Shown here piece after piece: positions 1-8,137 of a stretch of 64,000 nucleotides of DNA. Numbering within the stretch: position 1 is the stretch's first letter; every line of letters begins with the position of its first letter. The translations under genes were made by a program, and so were the position numbers. The stretch lies in IMG/VR virus record IMGVR_UViG_3300023116_000009, positions 96,001 through 160,000 of that record. One strand, 5' to 3'. The notes under the pieces are model-generated. The model was given only the letters and a program-made list of their open reading frames with translations, was not told where the DNA came from and did no database searches. The DNA comes from a virus.

Positions 1-4
1 GAAT

Positions 5-556
5 TCATAAGTAATGCAAATAAGTGCTTAGAATGTATTTGTCCTCACTTATTGTAGGGTTTCCCCTGTGAGGTATCATCCATAGCGGAGGGAACACGAT
101 CATTCTACCACGCTTTGGTCTGATAAATTTATTGATTCCAGCAAAATAAGTTTCTCCACCCTTCTCTACATCATTTAAGTAGATCAGGAATGTAAGAAAC
201 CTTCTTGCGGATACATGATCCCCAACATCGACATGGGTATCAAATTGATCTGTAGTGCCTTTCCTATATTTCTTTACCCGTGGATACTCATATGTGTACC
301 TCCCAGGTAACCATTCATCACAATCAACTTGATCCACGTACTTGTCTAGGAATGGATTGAGTTTATGAATACATTCTTGAACCATTGATTCATCAAACAC
401 GTATTCATGAAATCTTGGTTTCAATTCATGGTCTATGAATTTTGCCTTTCCAGAATCAATACCACTATTGATATATTCAATCAAAAAGTCGCAGTAAGAT
501 TCTGAAAAGACATTATCATATACTCTAATGAAATCTTCAATACTACTCAATGCCAT
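5..556 (-). CDS. 2OG-Fe(II) oxygenase (prolyl-4-hydroxylase-like)
   Basis: HxD (THVD), FLIYLNDVEKGGETYF and distal His (PHRG) motifs. Start moved to MALSSIEDF (556), just inside the uvsX 3' end; the ORF track starts at 586. Confidence 0.85.
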   Translation of the reverse strand: MALSSIEDFIRVYDNVFSESYCDFLIEYINSGIDSGKAKFIDHELKPRFHEYVFDESMVQECIHKLNPFLDKYVDQVDCDEWLPGRYTYEYPRVKKYRKGTTDQFDTHVDVGDHVSARRFLTFLIYLNDVEKGGETYFAGINKFIRPKRGRMIVFPPLWMIPHRGNPTISEDKYILSTYLHYL

Positions 557-1550
557 ACTTAAACTCCTGCTCTGCTGCCCAATCAAGTTTCTCCATTATT
601 TCTTCGGTGAAATATTTTTCGGGATCAGCAAGTACAGCAGAAGGATAAACAGAGGATTCGTTAATAACGACACGATTGCCCTTGCGCTCGAATACTCCGT
701 ACTTCTCACCCAGTTCCAATAATCCATAGTACTTGTCAAGACCACGGGCATCGAAGAAGAGTCGAGTTGCAACTTGGGAGTTCTCCTTTGTAAAACGAGA
801 TTTGTTTGCTTTAACTTTAATAATATTTCCTACAACATCAGTGCCATCTTTCTCTTTCGATTTAGAAAGATGAATGATTGTAGAAGCAGCATACTTAAGA
901 CCACTGCCGCCCCCCATGTCGGTTTGTTCTCCATAGGGATTCATCGTTTTATATGTATGATTGGTTACAATCATAGGAACTCTCAGTTTACCAAGTTTAC
1001 TGGTAATGATTCTGAATACTGACTTAATGACTTGAGATTTAGTCATGTCTCGAACTTGTTTATCAGACAAGGCATCATCAAGTTCTTTTGCTGATGCCAA
1101 CATGCCAAGAGAATCCAAGATAATCAAAAGAGGTTTACGATCCTCTTCCTTTGTCTTGAGAAGATTATCAAGGATGCGAATGATTTGAGTACGAAACTCT
1201 TCAATAGTGTCTACTGGAAAGTGCCATGCACGCTCTGGATCAATACCCCTGTTCTTGAAAAGATCTGAAGTTGCTGCTGCTTCACTATCAAAATAGAAAA
1301 CTGCACCATCAGGATTATTGTCAAGGAAGTTCTTAGCAATAGCAATTGCATAAAAAGTTTTGCCAGTTGCCTGTTCACCTGCAATAGCAGTGACTCGGTT
1401 GTCAGGTATTCCACCATGAATACTGCCACTCAACATGGCGTTAAGGATATAAGATCCCGTAGGAATGTATCCCTGTTCGGTAGATGATTCCGAAACTACT
1501 TTAGCATATTCATTCTTTGCCTCTTTGGCAAGTGTTTCAAAAATACTCAT
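543..1550 (-). CDS. uvsX: RecA-like recombinase UvsX
   Basis: Walker A GEQATGKT, DSLGML, GGGSGLKYAAS; directly downstream of gp43 as in T4-like phages. Confidence 0.95.
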   Translation of the reverse strand: MSIFETLAKEAKNEYAKVVSESSTEQGYIPTGSYILNAMLSGSIHGGIPDNRVTAIAGEQATGKTFYAIAIAKNFLDNNPDGAVFYFDSEAAATSDLFKNRGIDPERAWHFPVDTIEEFRTQIIRILDNLLKTKEEDRKPLLIILDSLGMLASAKELDDALSDKQVRDMTKSQVIKSVFRIITSKLGKLRVPMIVTNHTYKTMNPYGEQTDMGGGSGLKYAASTIIHLSKSKEKDGTDVVGNIIKVKANKSRFTKENSQVATRLFFDARGLDKYYGLLELGEKYGVFERKGNRVVINESSVYPSAVLADPEKYFTEEIMEKLDWAAEQEFKYGIE

Positions 1551-4042
1551 GCGAATAGAAACTCCAAGTTAACTTCTTTTTCTGTTTTCCAACCAATCAC
1601 GTCAAGAATAATCTTGAGTGGATCCAAGAATGATTTTTGAAATTGCATCTTGTAATCGATGTTCTTGCTTATGTTAATTTCACCAGGGAAATTAGAAATA
1701 AACGAGATGACATTTTCACCAAGAATGTTAGGTGTTTGCAGATATACAAACTTAATCTTTTCCCCCTCTTGGATCAAAGGATACTTGTGAATAAGTTTGT
1801 TCTTTTTGAGTTGGAAGTTGTAGAGGAGAGAACCTCGTACATGGATTGGGCAACTCTTCTTATACAGGGTAGCATCTCCCTTCCACTTTGTCAATCCATT
1901 CACGCTCCGAGGGAACGCAATCTGCTCAGGTGGCATTTGATAAAAGTCACTTTTAAATTTGTCAATGAACTTAATCAAATCCTCTTCCGTTCGAGTCATG
2001 ATAATATTGAGTGCTTCTTTAATCTTAGTCCTACAAGGTGCAGGAGTGGAAGATTTAACTGCTTCAATACCCATCATCTTCAGTTTAGGTTCTGCATAGC
2101 GGACACCTTCACTGTCCCAAACATTTAGAATGTAGCGTTTCTTTGCTGTCCAAATTCCTTTGTCAGCAATGTTCTCACGCTTCATAATCATCTTTTGCTC
2201 ATATGCCGAAACATAATCCGCAAGTTCCTGATAACTGGATTCGATGAACGGTTCCAATTTGTCCTGACAGATCTTATCCAATATGGAAACAATTGCTGCT
2301 TTATCGCCAGACCTAGCACTAAAGAATTTATCAACAAGAGGTCCAAGATTAAGATAGATTGAGTCGGTATCGCTAGCGATAACATAATCGACTTCCTCCG
2401 TTTTTAACAGGTTATTTAGGTAACCATTCATCTTATTCTCAATCCAGCGGATTGATACCTGACCAGAGAGCGTAATCGCTTCTGCATTGGCAAGCTTGTA
2501 ATACCTGAAATACTGGTTGCCAATAGCACCATAAGCACTGTTAAGTTGAATCTTACGTGCCATCTGGATGTTATTGAATTTAGAAATGTCCTTAATAAGT
2601 TGAGGATCTTTCGTATTCTCATATTCTTGCTTGGCAACAAGCATCTTCTTTTTGTAAATCTTTCGTTCATTGTAAATCTTTTCCATCAATTCAGGAAGAA
2701 ATCCACGAACATCTTTCTTGTATTGTGCCCCATTAGCACAAACACAATTGTCACCATCAATTTCAACCTTCTTATTAAGAATGCGATCTACTGTTGCTGA
2801 TGGGTGTCTGTTTTCAAGTAACGTCTCTGGCGAGATGTTGTACTGCATAATGAGGTGAGGGTATAGGGAGTTGAGATCAAAAGAGACCACCCATTCATAA
2901 AGACCTGGAACGGGTTCTTTAACATACGCCCCAGCGTACTTTGAATCTTTGTCATTTTTTTCATTGGGAGGAACAACAATACCTTTCGGTGTAAGATAGT
3001 TATAAATGATACTATCCCACATACGTACCTGATAGTAAACATCTTCAAAATTAACCTTAGCATCATATGCAAGATTAATTGCAAGATCAATTAGTTTCAT
3101 CTTGTCTTCCAAACGGTCAACAAGTTCCACGTCATGAATGTTATACGTAACAAACTTCTGCCAATTCTGAGTATAAAAATCCCTAAAGGTTTCAAACTCA
3201 GAGTGATCTAGTTTCTGCTCGCCCAGTTCGACATTGGCGATATGGTCAAGTCGATAGGATTCTTGGTTAGTGTATGTAAACTTTTGATAAAGATCAAGAT
3301 AGTCAAGGACACTGACACCAATGATATCGTAAACAATATTAACTCTGCCTTTAATTTCAACTTCCTTTTCATAAACCTTGTTCCAAGGAGAAAGAGATTT
3401 CATGTGTTTTGTAGAAAGAATCCTATCAACCCTCCTACAAATATATGGAACGTCGAACAGTTTGACGTTCCACCCAGTCAAAATATCTGGGGTATTCTGT
3501 GCCCACCATGCAAGAAAATCTTTCAGCATGTCTTCTTCTTTCCAGAAGACACGATACTCAACGTCACTCCGAGAGTTTTCATACTCACGGGTTCCCCACA
3601 CAATTAATTTCTTGGAAGAGAAATCTTTTACAGTAAGGCAAAGAATTTCTTCTGAGGTTTCTCTAATATTTGGAAATCCATTCTCAGAAGATGTCTCAAT
3701 ATCAATCGTATAAATCCTCAGCAAAGAAGAATCATAGTCGATTTGTTCTTCAGTAAAATTGTCACTGATGTATTGATACAGAAACTTATCGTTACCGTAG
3801 ATTTTGAAATTGTCTACGTCTTTATACTGATCAATAAACTCTCTGGCATCTTTTACTGATTCAAAATTAATCTTTTGGGCATATCTACCCTCAAGAGTTT
3901 TGTATTCTGTTTGCTTATTTGTTGGAGCAAACAGAACTGGAGAGAAAGATTCTTCATATTGAACACGTTCATCGTTTTCATATCCAATGTAGAGAATCTT
4001 ATCTCCACTCAAAAACACATTACTGTAGAAGTTCTTCGTCAT
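1547..4042 (-). CDS. gp43: Family B DNA polymerase gp43
   Basis: Exonuclease DIET, polymerase motifs SFDLNSLYPH, KIQLNSAYG, ASDTDS, KKRY. Start set at MTKNFYSNV (4042); the extension to 4168 overlaps the upstream gene. Confidence 0.97.
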   Translation of the reverse strand: MTKNFYSNVFLSGDKILYIGYENDERVQYEESFSPVLFAPTNKQTEYKTLEGRYAQKINFESVKDAREFIDQYKDVDNFKIYGNDKFLYQYISDNFTEEQIDYDSSLLRIYTIDIETSSENGFPNIRETSEEILCLTVKDFSSKKLIVWGTREYENSRSDVEYRVFWKEEDMLKDFLAWWAQNTPDILTGWNVKLFDVPYICRRVDRILSTKHMKSLSPWNKVYEKEVEIKGRVNIVYDIIGVSVLDYLDLYQKFTYTNQESYRLDHIANVELGEQKLDHSEFETFRDFYTQNWQKFVTYNIHDVELVDRLEDKMKLIDLAINLAYDAKVNFEDVYYQVRMWDSIIYNYLTPKGIVVPPNEKNDKDSKYAGAYVKEPVPGLYEWVVSFDLNSLYPHLIMQYNISPETLLENRHPSATVDRILNKKVEIDGDNCVCANGAQYKKDVRGFLPELMEKIYNERKIYKKKMLVAKQEYENTKDPQLIKDISKFNNIQMARKIQLNSAYGAIGNQYFRYYKLANAEAITLSGQVSIRWIENKMNGYLNNLLKTEEVDYVIASDTDSIYLNLGPLVDKFFSARSGDKAAIVSILDKICQDKLEPFIESSYQELADYVSAYEQKMIMKRENIADKGIWTAKKRYILNVWDSEGVRYAEPKLKMMGIEAVKSSTPAPCRTKIKEALNIIMTRTEEDLIKFIDKFKSDFYQMPPEQIAFPRSVNGLTKWKGDATLYKKSCPIHVRGSLLYNFQLKKNKLIHKYPLIQEGEKIKFVYLQTPNILGENVISFISNFPGEINISKNIDYKMQFQKSFLDPLKIILDVIGWKTEKEVNLEFLFA

Positions 4043-4283
4043 CAGGGGGAACAAGTTTCTGGTACTTAGAGAGGATCTCTGGGTCTGGATCTGCCAGTGT
4101 AGCAAGGGATTCGGAATAAAGCAAGACATTCCTTTGCTTGGAATATCTTGGGAATTCCCTGAGTTCACCCTCTACAATCTCCATTGGGTCTGCCAAGAAG
4201 CAAGAGGGTTCCATCTCCATCTCCGAAATGTTAGAGATTAAATAAGTACCATTACGAAGTAGGATCAGTTTTATATCCATCAT
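4020..4283 (-). CDS. Hypothetical protein, Sm-like N-terminal pattern
   Basis: IKLILLRNGTYLIS resembles the N-termini of 4283..4681, 5407..5772 and 22355..22807; coupled to both neighbours. Confidence 0.65.
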   Translation of the reverse strand: MMDIKLILLRNGTYLISNISEMEMEPSCFLADPMEIVEGELREFPRYSKQRNVLLYSESLATLADPDPEILSKYQKLVPPDDEELLQ

Positions 4284-4681
4284 TATGCACTTTCAATAGG
4301 GGTTTCAGTAACTTCTGGAATTTCTGGGGCAGCAGGTTGATTCTGAGCAACTTCCTCATCAAGAGCAATGTTGTTCTTTGCACAATAATCACGCAGGATA
4401 TTATCATGCGGATCATAAATCGTAACTAACCAATCTGCAGGGATGATAAATGAACGCTGCTTAGAAAGAGGTGCCCAATGAGTATACCGAACAGAATACT
4501 TTGTACGTGGTGCATCTTCACCTTCTACCTGAAGTTCATCAGATTCTTCAGCGGTGAGTTGCATCACAAATGGATTTGAAAGATGATAGGCAACGATACC
4601 TTTATTTTCAGTGTCCAAAATTTCTCTGGCGTCGGAGATAACATCCTCGCCAGATTTCAACAGCATAACTTTAACGGTCAT
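4283..4681 (-). CDS. Conserved cyanophage hypothetical protein, Sm-like pattern
   Basis: VKVMLLKSGEDVIS...LSNPF...WAPLS...IPADWLVTIYDP; paralogue of 5407..5772. Confidence 0.75.
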   Translation of the reverse strand: MTVKVMLLKSGEDVISDAREILDTENKGIVAYHLSNPFVMQLTAEESDELQVEGEDAPRTKYSVRYTHWAPLSKQRSFIIPADWLVTIYDPHDNILRDYCAKNNIALDEEVAQNQPAAPEIPEVTETPIESA

Positions 4682-5385
4682 AGCGATAACTTAGTGTCTT
4701 CTAAATGTCTAATGTGGTTTGAAAGTTTGTCAAGGTATCCACGATTGCGTAACTCTTTGAATACAAGATTCTCAAGTGCAAACTCTCCACCTTGTTGAAT
4801 GGCAGACGCCCTCATATCACGAATTCTTTTTTGAAGTTTTCTAAGAACATCAGCATCATTTGCATCGCTCTCAATGAGGTCGTCAATCTTTGCCATCATA
4901 TCACGAACCTTGCGAATAAGCAAGGGGTCTGCAAGGTCAACCTTGACTTTGTTTGGTGCCATCAACCATTTGTCTTGAGTGAGTGAATACACACCCTGGT
5001 TAGCAGGCAGTGGATCACTCTCATCTTGAGCATACAACTCAACTGGATGAGAGTAGATCTTAATGTCGTGGACAAGTGCCCACAATTTCTTTTTATCTCT
5101 TAGATAATCATCTAAGAGTTCTGGACAGTCAGCAATCTGACTCTTATCAACAACCAAATGAAGATCAAGATCAGAGAATCTGGTGTAATTATAGTTAGCG
5201 TTACCACCAACCAGAATCATATCCTTTACAGCAGTAGCAGGAATCTTAGCAAACTCCGCCCACTTAGTTCCAATTTGTAAAAGTTTATCCTTTACTTCAG
5301 GTCTGAGTCCACCTTCATCCCAAAACTTAATATTCAATTTGTTGTGGTACATCAGGGTTAACCTGAGAGATTGGAACGTTTTCAC
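4678..5385 (-). CDS. Pol-beta superfamily nucleotidyltransferase
   Basis: hGG-x10-DhDh signature (LVGGNANYNYTRFSDLDLHL) and a third acidic strand (PVELYAQD). Confidence 0.8.
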   Translation of the reverse strand: MKTFQSLRLTLMYHNKLNIKFWDEGGLRPEVKDKLLQIGTKWAEFAKIPATAVKDMILVGGNANYNYTRFSDLDLHLVVDKSQIADCPELLDDYLRDKKKLWALVHDIKIYSHPVELYAQDESDPLPANQGVYSLTQDKWLMAPNKVKVDLADPLLIRKVRDMMAKIDDLIESDANDADVLRKLQKRIRDMRASAIQQGGEFALENLVFKELRNRGYLDKLSNHIRHLEDTKLSL

Positions 5386-5406
5386 TGTTCGACTGTCACT
5401 TTATTA

Positions 5407-5772
5407 TTATTTATCTTCTTCAGTTTCAGTCATCACTGTTTCTTCAGGTTGTGTCATCTTTACAAAACTCTCGACAATACTCATCATAGGATCTGAGATA
5501 GAGATAACCCAATCTGGATTTACTGCAATTTGATTATCAGGAGTAAAAGGATTCCAACGAGAAAGAAGAATTTTATACTGACCTTTGATACTTTGCCTTG
5601 CTTCAGGATCGTCAATATCAAATTCAAGTTCAGAACCTTCAAGAGGTTCGATCTTTACGCAATAAGGATTGTTAAAAACAAACGCCTGCCTGCGTTGTTG
5701 ATCGTCAACTGCTTCTTGCAATTCAGTCACAACATATTCCCCAGATTTAAGGGATACAATTTTTACCGCCAT
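5407..5772 (-). CDS. Conserved cyanophage hypothetical protein, Sm-like pattern
   Basis: VKIVSLKSGEYVVT...FNNPY...WNPFT...VNPDWVISISDP. Confidence 0.75.
   Translation of the reverse strand: MAVKIVSLKSGEYVVTELQEAVDDQQRRQAFVFNNPYCVKIEPLEGSELEFDIDDPEARQSIKGQYKILLSRWNPFTPDNQIAVNPDWVISISDPMMSIVESFVKMTQPEETVMTETEEDK
5408..5414 (-). promoter_or_regulatory. gp55-type late promoter (ATAAATA) upstream of the nucleotidyltransferase
   Basis: Matches the NATAAATA-like late consensus, 23 nt upstream of the ATG. Confidence 0.6.
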
Positions 5773-5795
5773 TTTGATACAAAGGTTGAATTACT

Positions 5796-5824
5796 ATTAT
5801 AAAAGGGTCTCAACCATTTGTCAA
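5796..5824 (-). promoter_or_regulatory. Sigma70-type promoter TTGACA-17-TATAAT
   Basis: Perfect consensus: -35 at 5819-5824, -10 at 5796-5801; overlaps the hsp20 terminator hairpin. Confidence 0.85.
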
Positions 5825-5832
5825 GACCCTTA
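5801..5832 (-). terminator. Probable intrinsic terminator after hsp20
   Basis: AAGGGTCT...AGACCCTT inverted repeat followed by a short T-tract on the minus strand. Confidence 0.6.
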
Positions 5833-5839
5833 ACATTAT

Positions 5840-6286
5840 TTATTGAATCTCATAAACCTTTCGCTTCTGGTGCTCAGGTACGATTCTATTCAATTCAATA
5901 ATCAACATACCATTCTCAAATTTAACTTCTCCGACTTCTACATCGTCAGATAAGTTGAATCCTCTAGCGAAGGTGCGAGTCGCAACCCCACGGTGCATGT
6001 ACTCACCGTCTCCTTTATCCTTCGCTGCCTTGGACGAGATGATTAGAACATTGGTTTCGGTGCTGACTTCAATGTCATCTTTTGACCATCCCGCAAGTGC
6101 TAGTTCGATCCTCCACTTTGTCTCTGAATCTTTTACCAGATTATAAGGGGGATACGAATTCTGTGGTGTACCCATTCCATACGAATGAAGTCGATAGAAA
6201 AGGTCATCGTAACCGACACTGAATCTTTCTACAGCATCGACAATGGCACCCAAATCTTTGGTGCCGAACTTTCTAAGTCCAGTCAT
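5840..6286 (-). CDS. hsp20: Small heat shock protein Hsp20
   Basis: Alpha-crystallin motifs YPPYNL, IELALAGW, YMHRGVATRTFAR, FENGMLII. Start MTGLRKF (6286) has an AGGAG RBS. Confidence 0.95.
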   Translation of the reverse strand: MTGLRKFGTKDLGAIVDAVERFSVGYDDLFYRLHSYGMGTPQNSYPPYNLVKDSETKWRIELALAGWSKDDIEVSTETNVLIISSKAAKDKGDGEYMHRGVATRTFARGFNLSDDVEVGEVKFENGMLIIELNRIVPEHQKRKVYEIQ

Positions 6287-6359
6287 TATGGTAGCTCCTT
6301 TAAAAGCGAGTTTGTGTTTTGAGGACCCCGAAGGCATCCATAGTATATATTACTCAATA

Positions 6360-6437
6360 CAAAAATAGTGGCACAGTAATAACCGTACCACTATGTAGGG
6401 TGTTCCGACTTTCGTAGAGACCGCACGAAAGGTCTCA
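6360..6437 (-). ncRNA. Candidate small structured RNA (pseudoknot plus terminator)
   Basis: Late promoter at 6442-6448; hairpin GAGACC/GGUCUC whose loop CUUUCGUG complements downstream UACGAAAG; 13-bp stem plus U-tract at 6360-6394. Confidence 0.5.
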
Positions 6438-6441
6438 GAGT

Positions 6442-6457
6442 TATTTATGCCTAAATA
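6442..6457. promoter_or_regulatory. Divergent late promoters: ATAAATA (minus, 6442-6448) and CTAAATA (plus, 6451-6457)
   Basis: Back-to-back late consensus sites between hsp20 and the plus-strand gene trio. Confidence 0.65.
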
Positions 6458-6483
6458 ATTTTAGTTGATACAAAGACCAAAAA

Positions 6484-6981
6484 ATGAAAAAAGCATTATT
6501 TGCTTTTGGAATGTTATTGATGACCGCAGGTGCAGCAAATGCTGGCGGACTTGTTACTAAACACGCTTCCAGTGTTCAACTGACTGTTGATGCTGCAAGA
6601 TCTACTGCAACCAGAGTTGGTAACTCCTACGCCATTTCTGGTGTTGGTATTGATACTATGTCTGGCACTGATGCAGATGTTGTTTCTACTGGTTCTATTA
6701 CCAGTGGCATCTATTCTCCTGGCACGATTGAAGCAACCCAACAAACTGCTGGCAACTCATTCTCTTTTAGCACATCCTTCACAGAAGGTGATGCAGTCCC
6801 AACCAGTGCTGCAACTACGGGAGCAATCCCTAACTTCTCCAATGTAACTTCTTACAGTGCTGGAACTGCTGGTTCTCTAGCTGGTACTGTTGGCACTACT
6901 GGTGCTGTTACGGTTACTGCTGGTGGAGCTGGTACATCTGCTACAGGACAATTTGTATCTGAGATTACTGTAATCGACTAA
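6484..6981 (+). CDS. Exported Ser/Thr/Gly-rich hypothetical protein
   Basis: Signal peptide MKKALFAFGMLLMTAGAANA; beta-rich composition. Confidence 0.8.
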   Translation: MKKALFAFGMLLMTAGAANAGGLVTKHASSVQLTVDAARSTATRVGNSYAISGVGIDTMSGTDADVVSTGSITSGIYSPGTIEATQQTAGNSFSFSTSFTEGDAVPTSAATTGAIPNFSNVTSYSAGTAGSLAGTVGTTGAVTVTAGGAGTSATGQFVSEITVID

Positions 6982-7418
6982 TGGATAGATTACAAGAAGC
7001 AATCGGTCTCGGGTTGGTTCTTGGTGCATTACATGGGACTGTCGCACAGGCAGTCCCAGTGGTCCCAAACTTTACCCAGGGAAGTATGACTAGTCATACA
7101 GAGACAACAACAAAAGTAACAGAAACTATTAACTCAATGGATTATAGCACAGGGTATCAATACTCTGTGACTGGTTCAGGAGTATCAGCAAGTGGGAACC
7201 TGTCCCCTGGAACAGGAACTAACAATGTAACTATAGACGGAGTGACTTCATCATGGACAGGAGTAACAAGCAAACCAACATTCACACAGACAACACCAGG
7301 AGCAGCGTTTCAGTTCACAGAAACATATCAAGGTCCTGGTTTAAGCAATCAAACGATAATTCAAAGAACCACAGAAATTCAAAGCGTCACAGACACTACA
7401 AGTATCTTCTCGCAGTAG
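6981..7418 (+). CDS. Exported hypothetical protein (VPVVPNF type)
   Basis: Hydrophobic leader ending AQA, then VPVVPNFTQGSMTS; coupled to the upstream gene. Confidence 0.8.
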   Translation: MDRLQEAIGLGLVLGALHGTVAQAVPVVPNFTQGSMTSHTETTTKVTETINSMDYSTGYQYSVTGSGVSASGNLSPGTGTNNVTIDGVTSSWTGVTSKPTFTQTTPGAAFQFTETYQGPGLSNQTIIQRTTEIQSVTDTTSIFSQ

Positions 7419-8137
7419 GACTTAATTGTGTATTCCCGTCTCAAGCATTCGCTGAGGTTGGTGGCGTTAGTGCTACCGCTGCTCCTGTTGCTAACTCTTC
7501 AGGTAGTGTTACTAATCAAGCAATACAAGTTTTACAAGGTCCGTACATCACAAACACTTACGGTGGTGGGGTCCAGTGTCAGGGACCAACTAGAAACTTC
7601 ACACCTTATGTAACAGGTTCTGCCTCGGCAACTAAACCTTATGAACCATATTATTGGGATCCTGTTTATGATATGCGGGATCTCGATGAGGATGGTGCTC
7701 CTGATAATCCTGGTTCTATTCTTTACACTGTTCCTGTAAGGACTGGACAGAAAGATAATTACAACCTGGGTGTAGGGTTCTCTATGACATGGAGCACACC
7801 TACAGATAAGAAGTTACAAGCACTGTGTAAGGAAGCAGCAACAGCACAAATTGAATTAAATAAACAACTCACTGCTAACAAGAGATTAGATTTTGAGATT
7901 GCCCGACTAAAAAACTGCGGGGAATTGATGAAACAAGGTATCATGTTTCATCCAAAATCACCATACTTTAAAGTATGTGCCGATGTCGTAGTAAACAACC
8001 CACCTGGACATCAGCATCCACACGTTCATAAGATCAACGTTTCTTCTTCCTCGGAAAAACAGAACGTAACTCACGAACAGCATAATTCATCTGCCGCTGC
8101 TCTGCTCGGCGCTCCCCTACAGACAGGACAGGAATAG
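7253..8137 (+). CDS. Exported hypothetical protein; true start probably near 7370-7400
   Basis: Signal-like YLLAVGLNCVFPSQAFAE, several Cys, C-terminal HQHPHVH. Start codon uncertain. Confidence 0.7.
   Translation: MDRSNKQTNIHTDNTRSSVSVHRNISRSWFKQSNDNSKNHRNSKRHRHYKYLLAVGLNCVFPSQAFAEVGGVSATAAPVANSSGSVTNQAIQVLQGPYITNTYGGGVQCQGPTRNFTPYVTGSASATKPYEPYYWDPVYDMRDLDEDGAPDNPGSILYTVPVRTGQKDNYNLGVGFSMTWSTPTDKKLQALCKEAATAQIELNKQLTANKRLDFEIARLKNCGELMKQGIMFHPKSPYFKVCADVVVNNPPGHQHPHVHKINVSSSSEKQNVTHEQHNSSAAALLGAPLQTGQE

Noticed and set aside
728-745. CTTGACAAG inside uvsX as an internal promoter
   Set aside because: It encodes Leu-Asp-Lys and has no -10 box at 17 nt.
4043-4168. 42-aa N-terminal extension of gp43 in the ORF track
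   Set aside because: It overlaps the upstream gene and homology begins at MTKNFYSNV.
6400-6440. Possible hammerhead or HDV-like ribozyme (CUGAGA...CGAAA)
   Set aside because: The core lacks CUGANGA spacing and the third stem, and I could not build the HDV double pseudoknot. Kept only as a generic structured RNA.
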